DNA from: Planctomycetales bacterium
Lineage (GTDB): Bacteria > 4484-113
Length of the DNA: 64,000 bases
Reading direction: 5' to 3'
Assembly: GCA_037441675.1 (NCBI GenBank)
Contig: JBBIRS010000004.1
Location: forward strand, 1 to 64,000
Part shown: piece by piece, positions 19,684-30,454 of the stretch
How the letters are laid out: every line of letters begins with the position of its first letter
Numbering within the stretch: the first letter of the stretch is position 1
Program-made: the position numbers and the translations under genes
Notes under the pieces: model-generated
Seen by the model: only the letters and a program-made list of their open reading frames with translations
Database searches by the model: none
What the model was told of the DNA's origin: nothing

Positions 19684-21090
19684 TCACGGTAGCTTGAATT
19701 TACCGATACGGTTAGCTAAACCCTGAAGGAATAAAAGCTCGCTCTTCTCTACATCAAAGAACAGATTCTGTACACCGGCAAGGAAACCCTCCTCTTCAAT
19801 TCCCACGAATAATGGTTCCGGTAGCGGATAAACTCCCTGCTCAAAATTTTTAGTTTCAAGTGTATAAATCTTATCCTCATTAAAGCTAGAAACGAGAAGT
19901 TTACCGTCAAATATAAATGTATCTGCTATAAAAGTTCTCTCGTTTGATAACTCAATTGGACGCTCACGTTCAACGGTCCACGTTCCCACATCCACAATCA
20001 ACAGTTTGGCTTCTAAAATACTACCCACAATTATGCGGTTAGTGCTTGCGTCATAGCTAAGCGAATTAGCACCGAAAAGCCCTAAATTAACACTCTCCTC
20101 AATTTCCAACGTCTCGGCATCCAAAACCTCCAAGAATGACGGAGTAGTTAGGAATGGATTGTAATCAGCATCAAAGGACAAAGAACCAGCCTCCACTACT
20201 AAGAGTTTTCCTGGAATATATTCCATAACCTCTGTCGCGTTTCTTCCAGTGAGTGGAATGCGAGTTTCAATTCTCCTATTAACTACATCAACCACAATTA
20301 CTTCAGCTGGTAGGTAAGGAGTAGAAAGACCGGGATTAACAAACTCATCAATGTTTGCAACAGGAATAAACACTCTTTTCTCATTGGCAAAAGGCTTCCC
20401 TGGACCGAGAAAGGCAGATTCACCAGAGGGAAGTTCAACGCTGAAGATAATAGAACCAAGATCTTCTCCGTCCTCTAGATTGAAGGCGTATAGAGTGTTG
20501 TTGGAGTTGCAAACTACGTAGCCGATTGTCTGAAATACCGCTAGATAAGATGGACCTGCGCCAACAGGAAGCTCAACATTTTTAAGAAGTGCAAAATCAT
20601 TTCGCGAATAAATGCCCACGGTATTATCGGAAAAATTAGCTACTAGAAGTTTATCCCCGGTAAAGAGCATATCGTTAGGTGCACTTCCAACTGCAAGAAA
20701 GTCCCTGATTAGGAAGCTCTCCAATTCCACCGCATTCAGAGTTACGTGAACCGTTAAGCCACGTCGGTCAATGTATGTTACTAGAATACTACCTAAGGCA
20801 CCGCTAGGTAGAGGAATACTAAAGCTTCCATCAGAGTTCGAAAGAGCACTAGAAGTAGTCCCACCGACTCCCCTTGCCTGGACGGAACTACCCGGCTTTG
20901 TTATGCCACTTTTGCCCAGCACCCAGAGGTTGCCCACCTGTGTAACCACCGCCGTGATACCTACCGTCGGAACTTCAGGTTGTCCTCCGTTAGGTGGTTG
21001 AGGGCTTGGCGCACCTCCACCTTTACCACAAGCGGAAGCGTAAAGAGAAGTCAATATGAATATCAATACAAAAAAAGTTTTTCTTAACAT
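19684..21090 (-). CDS. YncE/YVTN-type beta-propeller lipoprotein in the B12 uptake operon (BtuG-like)
   Basis: Lipobox ASAC; repeated propeller blades (VGSAPNDM, LPVGAGPSYL); last gene of the btu operon. Confidence 0.75.
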   Translation of the reverse strand: MLRKTFFVLIFILTSLYASACGKGGGAPSPQPPNGGQPEVPTVGITAVVTQVGNLWVLGKSGITKPGSSVQARGVGGTTSSALSNSDGSFSIPLPSGALGSILVTYIDRRGLTVHVTLNAVELESFLIRDFLAVGSAPNDMLFTGDKLLVANFSDNTVGIYSRNDFALLKNVELPVGAGPSYLAVFQTIGYVVCNSNNTLYAFNLEDGEDLGSIIFSVELPSGESAFLGPGKPFANEKRVFIPVANIDEFVNPGLSTPYLPAEVIVVDVVNRRIETRIPLTGRNATEVMEYIPGKLLVVEAGSLSFDADYNPFLTTPSFLEVLDAETLEIEESVNLGLFGANSLSYDASTNRIIVGSILEAKLLIVDVGTWTVERERPIELSNERTFIADTFIFDGKLLVSSFNEDKIYTLETKNFEQGVYPLPEPLFVGIEEEGFLAGVQNLFFDVEKSELLFLQGLANRIGKFKLP

Positions 21091-21111
21091 TTTTTTCTCC
21101 TCCTCCTAAAT

Positions 21112-23052
21112 TTAGAATAAACTCTCATAAGCAACCTCAAAAAATCTTCCCGGAAGAGGTAAATCCCAGAAATCGCGGGCGGAATTGTTAAAAATGTTCT
21201 GGACGGATACGTGCAGGTTACCTTTTCCCATCTTTATGTTGGTTTCAAGATTGGTGATTGACTTGCGCGGAACACGAATTGAACCAAATAAATCAGCGCT
21301 TTGAGAAGATTCACGTATTTGAGAGAGCCCTAAAGTGCCTCCACGAAATTCATATCCCACCGAAGCAAAAAATTTGTACTTCGGTGTCTGAGTAAGCTCG
21401 AGCTTGGAGCGACCGTAACTTGAAGAGGTGTATGTGTAGGTAGAGTCAATTTGAAATCGGTTAGAAGGCTTTGCAGTAAAAGAAAGCATTACTCCCTTTG
21501 CGTTAACCTTGCCAGTATTTACAGGCGCAATTGCATAAGCGGATATAGGAACAAATTTAATGGTGTTCTTCTGGTCACGCTGAAAACCAACCAGGCTAAG
21601 ATTAAAGTCAACAATGTCAAGCTCAATACCAGCCTCAATGAAATTCGCTCGTTCGCTTCTAAGGTCTTTATTTCCACGAATGAAACCTTTTGATGGGTAA
21701 TAAAGTTCTGAAAAGTCGGGATACCTGAATGAGCGACCTACCACAAGATGAATGTTTGCTCTTGGGCTAACATCTGTGGAAAACGTGATTCCCCCTGAAA
21801 GAGTAGTTGGAAGTGATTGAGCGGAATTTATGTTCACGGTAGGTGAAATTTCCCCATACGCTTTTTTCCAGGCTTTGGAAAGCGTTAGGCGCGTGGAGAA
21901 TCTACTCGGACTCCCAAAGTCGCTTGCAAGCATTTTTGATAACAAGAAATTCAAGCTCACCCTTTCAGAGAAATTGCTAATCAAGTTAAATTCCGATGAA
22001 ATGTCCACCTGTTTGTTGAATTCCCGAATTTCTCCACCAAGGACGGGCTTGGGGTCAATAAATCTAATTAAGCTACCACTTGCGGAAAATCTGAACTCCT
22101 TGTCCCATTGCCTATTCGCTCTAGTTTCTCCACTTCTTCCGCTGTTGAAATTCTCGTAAGAGAGGTTGAATAAGGCTTCTGTTAGATTTGCTTCAAGTGT
22201 GGGAAACTCGGAAAATCCTGGTACACCGCGAAAGAGCATTCCTGCGTAAATGTTAATCGTGTCAATTGAATCATCATCCCAGGATTGACGATTAAGAAGC
22301 AGGCTAGCCCTGTTAGTCTCGTTGTTAAGTCTTACTCTTCCTTCCCCACTCTTGCTCCGATAGGGAAAATCGCCCGCAGTTGAAAAGGCATTAGCGAATA
22401 AGAGTAAAGCATTAGAATTCGCGGGGTTCTCGAGTGCAAATCCAGCCTTTCTTGTAGAGAAAGAACCCATAGAGAAGGAGGCAAACTTCTTTCTTGGCTT
22501 AAGTTCTTTAAAGAGTTTATCACGGGTGATAACGTTAATGATTCCTCCCATGGCACGTGAACCGTAAGACAGCCCGGTCGCTACTTCAATCTTTTCAACA
22601 ACTGCAAGCTCTAGGAGGCTCAAATCAATACTAGTACCTCCGGGGAGTGAAAGCGGAGCGCCATTTAACATTATTAGTATCTGATTGCTTGAGGCGCCTC
22701 TAAGTGAAAGCCCAGTCAAACTTCCTTCGCTACCTGTTCGCATTACTAAAACGCCGGGTATTTTCTCAAGCACATCCGCAACACTTACAGCTGATGGGGG
22801 AAAATCCTTCCGTTCCAACGTAAAGATAGTTTCACCCTCGGTAACCACGGATCTTAGCCTTATTGAATTATCAATCACTTGTATCTCACCAATATCACTT
22901 GATTCCGCGTTTTGAACTTGACTTTCCTCAGGTAAAAGTTCTTCCTCACCACTTGGGCTATCATTTATGATTTCGCTGTAGGCAAATCTACTTAGCGCTA
23001 TTATGCAAGATACAAATATAAAGATGAGCTGAATTTTATCCAAGACTTTCAC
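21112..23052 (-). CDS. btuB: TonB-dependent receptor (cobalamin)
   Basis: Plug motifs (LEKIPGV, SLRG, ILIMLNG, EKIEV, GGIINV); C-terminal YESLF; riboswitch context. Confidence 0.85.
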   Translation of the reverse strand: MKVLDKIQLIFIFVSCIIALSRFAYSEIINDSPSGEEELLPEESQVQNAESSDIGEIQVIDNSIRLRSVVTEGETIFTLERKDFPPSAVSVADVLEKIPGVLVMRTGSEGSLTGLSLRGASSNQILIMLNGAPLSLPGGTSIDLSLLELAVVEKIEVATGLSYGSRAMGGIINVITRDKLFKELKPRKKFASFSMGSFSTRKAGFALENPANSNALLLFANAFSTAGDFPYRSKSGEGRVRLNNETNRASLLLNRQSWDDDSIDTINIYAGMLFRGVPGFSEFPTLEANLTEALFNLSYENFNSGRSGETRANRQWDKEFRFSASGSLIRFIDPKPVLGGEIREFNKQVDISSEFNLISNFSERVSLNFLLSKMLASDFGSPSRFSTRLTLSKAWKKAYGEISPTVNINSAQSLPTTLSGGITFSTDVSPRANIHLVVGRSFRYPDFSELYYPSKGFIRGNKDLRSERANFIEAGIELDIVDFNLSLVGFQRDQKNTIKFVPISAYAIAPVNTGKVNAKGVMLSFTAKPSNRFQIDSTYTYTSSSYGRSKLELTQTPKYKFFASVGYEFRGGTLGLSQIRESSQSADLFGSIRVPRKSITNLETNIKMGKGNLHVSVQNIFNNSARDFWDLPLPGRFFEVAYESLF

Positions 23053-24031
23053 CTTTTATTCCCAAAAGAATCACAATTAAAAATGGTGAACCAACGAGAG
23101 AAGTTATGACAGAAAGTGGTATTTCCGAAGGAGAAATAATCACCCGCGCCAAGATATCAACGAAGGACAAGAAAGCCATTCCCAAAAATAAACTCGTGAT
23201 AAGGAGACGAAAATGCTGAGCACCAAAGAAAATTCTACAGACATGTGGAACCATCAAACCAACGAAAGCGACAATTCCAGCAAAGGCAACCGCAACTGAA
23301 GCCAAAAGGGTTGCAAAGAAGAGAAGAGACCTTTGAATGGAAGTAACATTTACACCAACACTTCTAGCCTCGTCCGAGCCTAAAAGGAGCGCGTCAAGAT
23401 GCCTGTGCATCAAAAGACCAAAGAGCATTCCAAATACGAGAACAAATACTGAGAAATAAACACCAATCCACTGCGCTCCACTTACACTGCCAAAAATCCA
23501 AAAGAGAGCGCTGCGAACTGTTCTATCCGCATAGCGAATCAGAATGAAAGTAAGAATACTTGCGCAAAAAGTCCCTAAAGCAATGCCAACGAGAAGTAAG
23601 CGAAGATGCACATTTTCCGCATCACGAACTATTAGAATGAGCGAAAGGCTAATGAGAATTCCACCAATAAAAGCGGACATTGGCAGAATATAAGGGGTGA
23701 AACTGAATGAGTATGTAAATAAACTAATCGCAACCACTGCACCAAGCCCTGCGCCAGCGGATACTCCTGTAATGTAGGGTTCAGCAAGGGGGTTCTTGAA
23801 TAGAGTTTGCATAAATACTCCCGAAATTGCAAGAAGTCCTCCGACTAACGCCGATAAGAGCGCGCGTGGAAGACGTATGTCAAAAATTATCGTCTTAAAG
23901 AACTCTGAAGGTGGATTAAAGCCAGCGGTTCCGATTAATATGGATAGTAAAATCGAAAAAATCGTCAGAAGAAGCAGTATTAAAGCTGGGAGCAGAACTG
24001 ATTGCCTCGATGATGCAAGAACATTTCTCAT
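23036..24031 (-). CDS. btuC: FecCD/BtuC-type ABC permease
   Basis: IRLPRAL, QTLFKNPLAEP, FVGLMVPH and GSPF motifs. Confidence 0.9.
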   Translation of the reverse strand: MRNVLASSRQSVLLPALILLLLTIFSILLSILIGTAGFNPPSEFFKTIIFDIRLPRALLSALVGGLLAISGVFMQTLFKNPLAEPYITGVSAGAGLGAVVAISLFTYSFSFTPYILPMSAFIGGILISLSLILIVRDAENVHLRLLLVGIALGTFCASILTFILIRYADRTVRSALFWIFGSVSGAQWIGVYFSVFVLVFGMLFGLLMHRHLDALLLGSDEARSVGVNVTSIQRSLLFFATLLASVAVAFAGIVAFVGLMVPHVCRIFFGAQHFRLLITSLFLGMAFLSFVDILARVIISPSEIPLSVITSLVGSPFLIVILLGIKGESLG

Positions 24032-24921
24032 CTTGAACTAACCTCACTAACTTTATCCGTCAGAACTTCAAGTATCCTAAATAGCCTTGGCCCAGGGCGA
24101 AGGAGTGAATTTTCGTCCTCAAATACTATTGAACCCCCGTTGAATGCTTTTGTTTTAGCAAAATAACTCAGGCTTTGGTAGGTTGTTAGAAATTTTAATT
24201 GGTCGGACTTATCCCTAAGTGGAAATACAATGAGTGAGGGATTAACTTTGAGAATCGCCTCTGGAGATATCTGCGCGTATCCTTTCACCAGAAATCCATT
24301 CACACCACCTGCGTATGCAATTAGGCTATCGTGAATCGTGTTCCTGCCGGCGCAGTAGAATGGCGGATTATTATTGGTAAAAATAAGGACGGTTGGTTTC
24401 ATCCGCTTTGGCTTAAGATTGACGCGATAAGTGGATAAAAGTTCGCGAATACCTGCTAGCTTCTTGAAGGCTTCCTGGTCAGCATAGAGCAGTTTGGCGA
24501 TACGCTCTATCTGCCTTTGAAGCTCGTCCATTGTAGTAGGGCTGTCTTGAACGAAAACGGGAATGCCTATTTCCTTCAGCTTGGTTATAGCGGGAAGTGG
24601 ATTTCCACGATAGGCAAGAACAATATCAGGTTTAAGCATCACGATTGACTCCACGTTAGGGTCAATGAACCCGCCGATTTTTCGAAGCTTCTTAACTTCA
24701 GGAGGAAAATCACAATAAGTTGTAACCCCAACGAGATTATCCAGTTTCCCAAGATAGGCAACTATCTCGGTAAGATTGGGAGCTAGGGAGACAATACGGG
24801 AGTACTGGCGGGCTTCAAACTCCACGCCAAAGGCATCCCTAATGGTCTCCGCTCTTAAGCCAAACGAATGCAAAATTGTAAATAAAAACCAAAGAGTAAA
24901 AAGGAGACAAATTCTTCTCAT
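24028..24921 (-). CDS. btuF: Cobalamin-binding periplasmic protein
   Basis: RIVSLAPNLTE, VGVTTYCDFP, PNVESIVMLKPD and RPGPR motifs. Confidence 0.9.
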   Translation of the reverse strand: MRRICLLFTLWFLFTILHSFGLRAETIRDAFGVEFEARQYSRIVSLAPNLTEIVAYLGKLDNLVGVTTYCDFPPEVKKLRKIGGFIDPNVESIVMLKPDIVLAYRGNPLPAITKLKEIGIPVFVQDSPTTMDELQRQIERIAKLLYADQEAFKKLAGIRELLSTYRVNLKPKRMKPTVLIFTNNNPPFYCAGRNTIHDSLIAYAGGVNGFLVKGYAQISPEAILKVNPSLIVFPLRDKSDQLKFLTTYQSLSYFAKTKAFNGGSIVFEDENSLLRPGPRLFRILEVLTDKVSEVSSR

Positions 24922-25682
24922 TTCAAAACCTCGCTTCCAATTGCGTCAAGAAGGCTTATCCCATCCGCATAAATCGTGGACAAAATCCCACTCGCCCAAA
25001 TTTCATCCGGTGATGCGTCAGCTATGACATAACCCTTGTCAATCAGAACTATTCGCTTTGCATACTTAAATGCAAGGCTGACGTTGTGCATTGTGAATAA
25101 TACAGTCAGCCCCCTTTCCAACTGAACGCTTGTAAGCTTGTCCATAATTTCCTTTTGATAATTCAAATCCAAATTTGCAGTAGGCTCATCAAGAAGGATT
25201 ATTCTTGGCTCTTGAACAAGGGCTCTTGCAATTATAACCCGCTGTCGCTCGCCACCGGAAAGTTCTGAAAACTTCCTGCGCGCTAATGGCTCTAAGAGTA
25301 ACTCTTGCAATTCCTGCTGAATACAATTTAGGTCATAATCAGATAAACGGAAGAAGAAGCTCAAGTGCGGAACTCTACCAAGGGTAAGAATGTCATAAAC
25401 TGTGAGAGGGATATGTGCAGTCCTTTCCTGCGGGACAAAAGCAATCAACTTCGCCCTCTCCCGAGGAGGAATTGATGATACCGCCTTTCCGAATACTTCA
25501 ACACTGTCTCCACAGGATGGAATGATGCCGGCAATCACTCGTAAAAGAGACGTCTTACCCGCCCCATTTCTACCGAGAATGGCGGTAAACTCTCCCTCCG
25601 CAAATGAGAGATTTAGCCCCTGAAAAAGCCGGGTCCTGCCATAACCAAATGTTAGATTTTTAATCTCAAGCGCAGTTCGCAT
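24918..25682 (-). CDS. btuD: ABC ATPase (BtuD/FecE-type)
   Basis: GRNGAGKT, LSGGERQR and LLDEPT motifs. Confidence 0.9.
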   Translation of the reverse strand: MRTALEIKNLTFGYGRTRLFQGLNLSFAEGEFTAILGRNGAGKTSLLRVIAGIIPSCGDSVEVFGKAVSSIPPRERAKLIAFVPQERTAHIPLTVYDILTLGRVPHLSFFFRLSDYDLNCIQQELQELLLEPLARRKFSELSGGERQRVIIARALVQEPRIILLDEPTANLDLNYQKEIMDKLTSVQLERGLTVLFTMHNVSLAFKYAKRIVLIDKGYVIADASPDEIWASGILSTIYADGISLLDAIGSEVLK

Positions 25683-25697
25683 CGTCTAGCTCGTTCA

Positions 25698-25859
25698 TTA
25701 AGGCGGAACTCGTATCCCGCCGTTAGTGTGGGTGAACGAGCGTGCGATATGCGAATAAAAGTGAAACTGATGTGGTAAGAGGTGTAGGGTTAGGGTTTTC
25801 CACTGAAAGCATAAATGGGACTCAATACCCAAATGAGAAGATTTACAGTTTTTACGCAT
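25698..25859 (-). CDS. Putative 53-aa His-rich leader peptide ending GGIRVPP (arrest-peptide-like)
   Basis: MRKNCKSSHLGIESHLCFQWKTLTLHLLPHQFHFYSHIARSFTHTNGGIRVPP*; its stop lies within a hairpin covering the btuD RBS region. Confidence 0.5.
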   Translation of the reverse strand: MRKNCKSSHLGIESHLCFQWKTLTLHLLPHQFHFYSHIARSFTHTNGGIRVPP

Positions 25860-25973
25860 TAACACCACGCTCGCTCCGAGAAACTTCGTCGCCTCAGGCA
25901 AGCTCAGCCGGAAGGCAACTACCCGACTTTGCCCTTTTATAAACTCAGGACTCTGTCAGGAGGTGTCTTTATA

Positions 25974-26185
25974 GCGGGCAAGTCTCCTGGCTCGGTTTCA
26001 ACCTAGGTCATCGCCCTTCTCACGCGAACACCGCGCAATGGGCATCAGACATTGGATTGCCATTTGGCTTCCCATACCGATAATCCCGCCCATTGGCAAG
26101 ACTGATGACCCAGTCTACCATACAGTGGCTGGTCCGCGGGGGTTAATCCCACACTCAACGGGATTTCCCACTTCCTTGCCCAGCT
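25974..26185 (-). ncRNA. Cobalamin riboswitch
   Basis: Minus strand: GGGAA...GCCACTGTA...CCCATTG...GAGAAGG...B12-box GAGCCAGGAGACTTGCC, upstream of the btu operon. Confidence 0.88.
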
Positions 26186-26255
26186 CAAGAAAAATTGTAC
26201 TAAAATCCTCTGGAAAAAGCAATACAAAAAATAGTAGTAATTAACAAATTCAAAG

Positions 26256-26277
26256 ATACTATGCGGTATAGTATAAT
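26256..26277 (+). promoter_or_regulatory. Palindromic operator overlapping the -10 box upstream of cytochrome b
   Basis: ATACTAT-GCGGT-ATAGTAT running into TATAAT; same design as 32731-32752. Confidence 0.5.
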
Positions 26278-26377
26278 ATCTAAAATGGTTCTCAGTTTCT
26301 TTTATAGTGGAAATCATTTTTGTAATTGAATTTATACCAAGTGTCTCAGTTAGAAAAATTACCACTGGAGGCAAGTA

Positions 26378-27403
26378 TTGAGTAAATCTAAAACCTATGA
26401 AGCCTTGGGGGTTCCCGCCCTCTCCTACCCGATCCCACTGCACGCGCAGACGCTACCCTATGCTCTAGGTGGAATTACTTTCTTCATTTTCATTCTCGCG
26501 ATACTCAGCGGAATAATCCTCACCCAGTTTTACAATCCTAGCCCCGAATCCGCTCATTCAAGCGTGAAGTACATCTCTGAAGCTCCCTTTATCAGCATAA
26601 TACGTGGAATTCACTACTTTAGCGCAAACATAGGCTTTGGGCTTATGATTGCTCATATGCTCCGAATCTTGTGGACCTTCGCTTACCGCTACCCTCGAAT
26701 TGTGAATTACAAAGTTGGACTTCTGCTATTTATAACAGCCTTTATGCTCTACTTCTCAGGGACGGTTATGAAATGGGATCAGGAAGGCATTGAGGCGCTG
26801 GAGCACTTTATCGCATCGGGGCACTACGCGGGACCTTTTGCTCCACTCTTCCGCGAAGATTTCACGCTCTCCACAACTATGCTGGCTAGATTCTATGGCT
26901 TACACATCGGAATTCTACCAATCATTTTCGCAGGTTTAATAGGCGCTCACTTCTTTTACATCCGTTATCACGGAATTTCACCGAAACCAGGTCAAAGCCT
27001 TGAGGATTATGAAAATAGCAAATCTCAAGGCAGTGTCTTCTCACACCATCTTAGAAAGCTAATCGGCTATTGGCTTTTATCATTTGGTGTAATTCTTCTG
27101 CTCTCGTTATTCATCACGCCAAAGCTATTTAATGCGCCAGTTGCTGAAATTGAAACCACAAAACCACCATGGCCATTCTGGACGTTTTATCCTTTGGAGT
27201 CATGGCTTGGTATCTTTGGCATTGTTCTTGGCTCCGCTCTCGTTATACTTGGCTTCATTTTAGTCCCTGTGGTGGATTCTCTCATCCGTGCGGAGAGAGT
27301 AAAAGTTATCGCAGTTAGAGCGTTGGTAGTTCTGGGATTTACCGCTTGGCTAATACTTTTAATAATCTCCTATTTTTCACCCGTGATGAAACATTTGGGA
27401 TAG
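26378..27403 (+). CDS. Cytochrome b/b6-family protein (stand-alone)
   Basis: Heme ligands RGIH...AHMLR and GLH...GAH; WDQ; KPPWPF in place of PEWY; GGAGG RBS before TTG. Confidence 0.85.
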   Translation: MSKSKTYEALGVPALSYPIPLHAQTLPYALGGITFFIFILAILSGIILTQFYNPSPESAHSSVKYISEAPFISIIRGIHYFSANIGFGLMIAHMLRILWTFAYRYPRIVNYKVGLLLFITAFMLYFSGTVMKWDQEGIEALEHFIASGHYAGPFAPLFREDFTLSTTMLARFYGLHIGILPIIFAGLIGAHFFYIRYHGISPKPGQSLEDYENSKSQGSVFSHHLRKLIGYWLLSFGVILLLSLFITPKLFNAPVAEIETTKPPWPFWTFYPLESWLGIFGIVLGSALVILGFILVPVVDSLIRAERVKVIAVRALVVLGFTAWLILLIISYFSPVMKHLG

Positions 27404-27433
27404 CTGGATGAAAGGAAAGACTGTAATTTAAGG

Positions 27434-28162
27434 ATGAAACGAATTTTAAGGGGGTTAATTATGAAAAGTACTAGAGTATGCAGTTTAGCTAAACAGGTCA
27501 GGTTATTTAGCATATATATATTCCTTGCGGTCGGTTTCCTTCTCAACACACTGGGAACACCTGCTTATGCACATAGTGGTGGACCCAGAATCACCCTAGC
27601 GAAACAGTCTGTAATAGCGGGAGAATCACTTCTCATCAAGGGAACAGGATTTAGAGGCGTCAGAGAGGTGACTGTAACTCTTGAGGGAATAGCAGGGAAG
27701 AAAGAAGCGGGGACTTTCTCCATTGACAATGAGGATTTTGAGATTGAGATAGACATTCCAATGAGCCTGGATGGGTGAGTTTGGAAAGTCACCGTAGAAG
27801 GTACTGGGAAGAAGGCAACCGCAACTATCACAATCTCGCCACACGAGAAGGAGAAAATGAAAGGTGCGGATGAGAAGGATGAAGGCGTTGATGGTAGCGA
27901 AATGAAAGCGAAAGATGAGGAAGAAGCTGAACACCACCACGAGGAAATGATGGAGGTTGAAGGGGAGGAAGGTAATCATCGCAATGAATCAGTGGAAGAA
28001 ATGCACGGAGGTATGCATAGAAAGGGAGGCGAGGCAGGGTCACAAGTGCACGGCGTGCCGGTGGAGTTGCAAATCTCGCGACCTGGCTGGCTTATTGGGA
28101 TAGTTCTAGTGCTTTCTTTGTTAAGCATCGGCGGAGGCGTGATCTTGCTTGTGAAGAAGTAG
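27434..28162 (+). pseudogene. Exported Ig-like protein with His/Met/Glu-rich linker and C-terminal TM anchor, interrupted by one TGA
   Basis: ORFs 27434-27778 and 27857-28162 are in the same frame, separated only by TGA 27776; signal ends AYA-HSG; HHHEEMM stretch. Confidence 0.7.
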
Positions 28163-28475
28163 TTGTGGCTTATCAAGCTGGGAGGTTGCTAGTTCTTTCG
28201 CGCCTAATGGGATTGCGCGGTTGCTCTGCTTCGCAACTTCTAGTTTCATAATTGTCCCGCTTTCCAGTCCTTACCTGAATTACCAGTTGGTACGCATTCA
28301 TTTTTATTGTGCAATTGTCAGTTTTCTAGTTGCAAAATACGACACGAGAAGGGTAATTCTTGCCCACTGAGGCAGTTTACGAAAACAGCGTCATTTCCGT
28401 CATACCTTGAAGCTGGAAGTTCAAGCTCTGAGCAACAAGGAAGGAGGAATTTTGAACCGCCGAATTCTTTACTAG

Positions 28476-29245
28476 CTATCCCTCAACAATCCTAAACTTC
28501 CACGCCTTCACGAGATTTATTGAGTTATAGTCATTCAAATCTTTGAATTCAAACTGCCAAATTGAATATACATTCTCTCCGCGGGTCTTCTCAAAGAAGA
28601 GAGTCCTTACTTTCTTCTTAGTATGTGCTTGCCATTGCCCAAAAGGGTAAAAAGCTGACGAATTATTACGTTAGAGGCTCTAGAACTCTTGGCTTCTACT
28701 AGAACGACTTGATCTTTACCTTCATATCCGGCATCAACTTCGGTTTGAACCCCCGAAACCTTGATCTGCTGGCTACAAACCTTGAATTCAAAGAACGGTG
28801 TGTATTTCCTACCACGAATGGTAAGGACGAGAGAAGGATCATCGGCAAACGAGCAAATCAAACTAGTCGCATAAGCATAATCCAAATGCTGCATTTCCGA
28901 ATCGCCAACCCTAGACGTATCCAAGTTGAAATCTAGTTTTGAGCTATAAACTACTATCTCACTCTCTATTGGCGGAATGTCTACATAGCCCTCACCCTTG
29001 ATAATGTTGTACACGCCATTCTTTACGGGAAGCAAGAATAGATCGTTAATCTTAAAAACTTCTGGTCTCTCTTCCCTATGGTCTTGCTTGCATAGAATTC
29101 GCACTTCTTTCTCCCCGGTTGTCATAAAATTCTGGCAAGCCCTTTTTATCATTTCCGCAGTGAGGGTAAATGGCGCGTTTTCGAAGTTATGTTCAAGTAT
29201 CTTATAGTCATTAAAAATTTTACTCCAGGACTTATCGTGTGCCAT
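28476..29245 (-). pseudogene. Putative type II restriction endonuclease (PD-(D/E)XK), frameshifted
   Basis: QTEVDAGYEG...LVEAK; one base lost in the T-run near 28649 (RQL-FYPFGQW continues in another frame to VEG*). Confidence 0.7.
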
Positions 29246-29299
29246 AACGGTTAATTAGGAATTCCCATATGTAGTCTCGCCTCGGGACTAATGCGCCAA

Positions 29300-30292
<993 letters not shown>

Positions 30293-30454
30293 TTATAACT
30301 ATCATTGATCGGATTAGGCGCATAGTCAAGCACTCTTCGTTTAACAGCCAAACCATAGATGAAAACTCTCATCTCCAACTTTTAGCGAAGCCATCTCTTA
30401 TTATCCCTATACTTTCCTGCTAAACTATAATGAGGAAGAGGCGATAAGGTTCCA

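Noticed and set aside
26038..26443. ORFs 26038-26244 and 26045-26443
   Set aside because: They overlap the cobalamin riboswitch and promoter region; probably spurious
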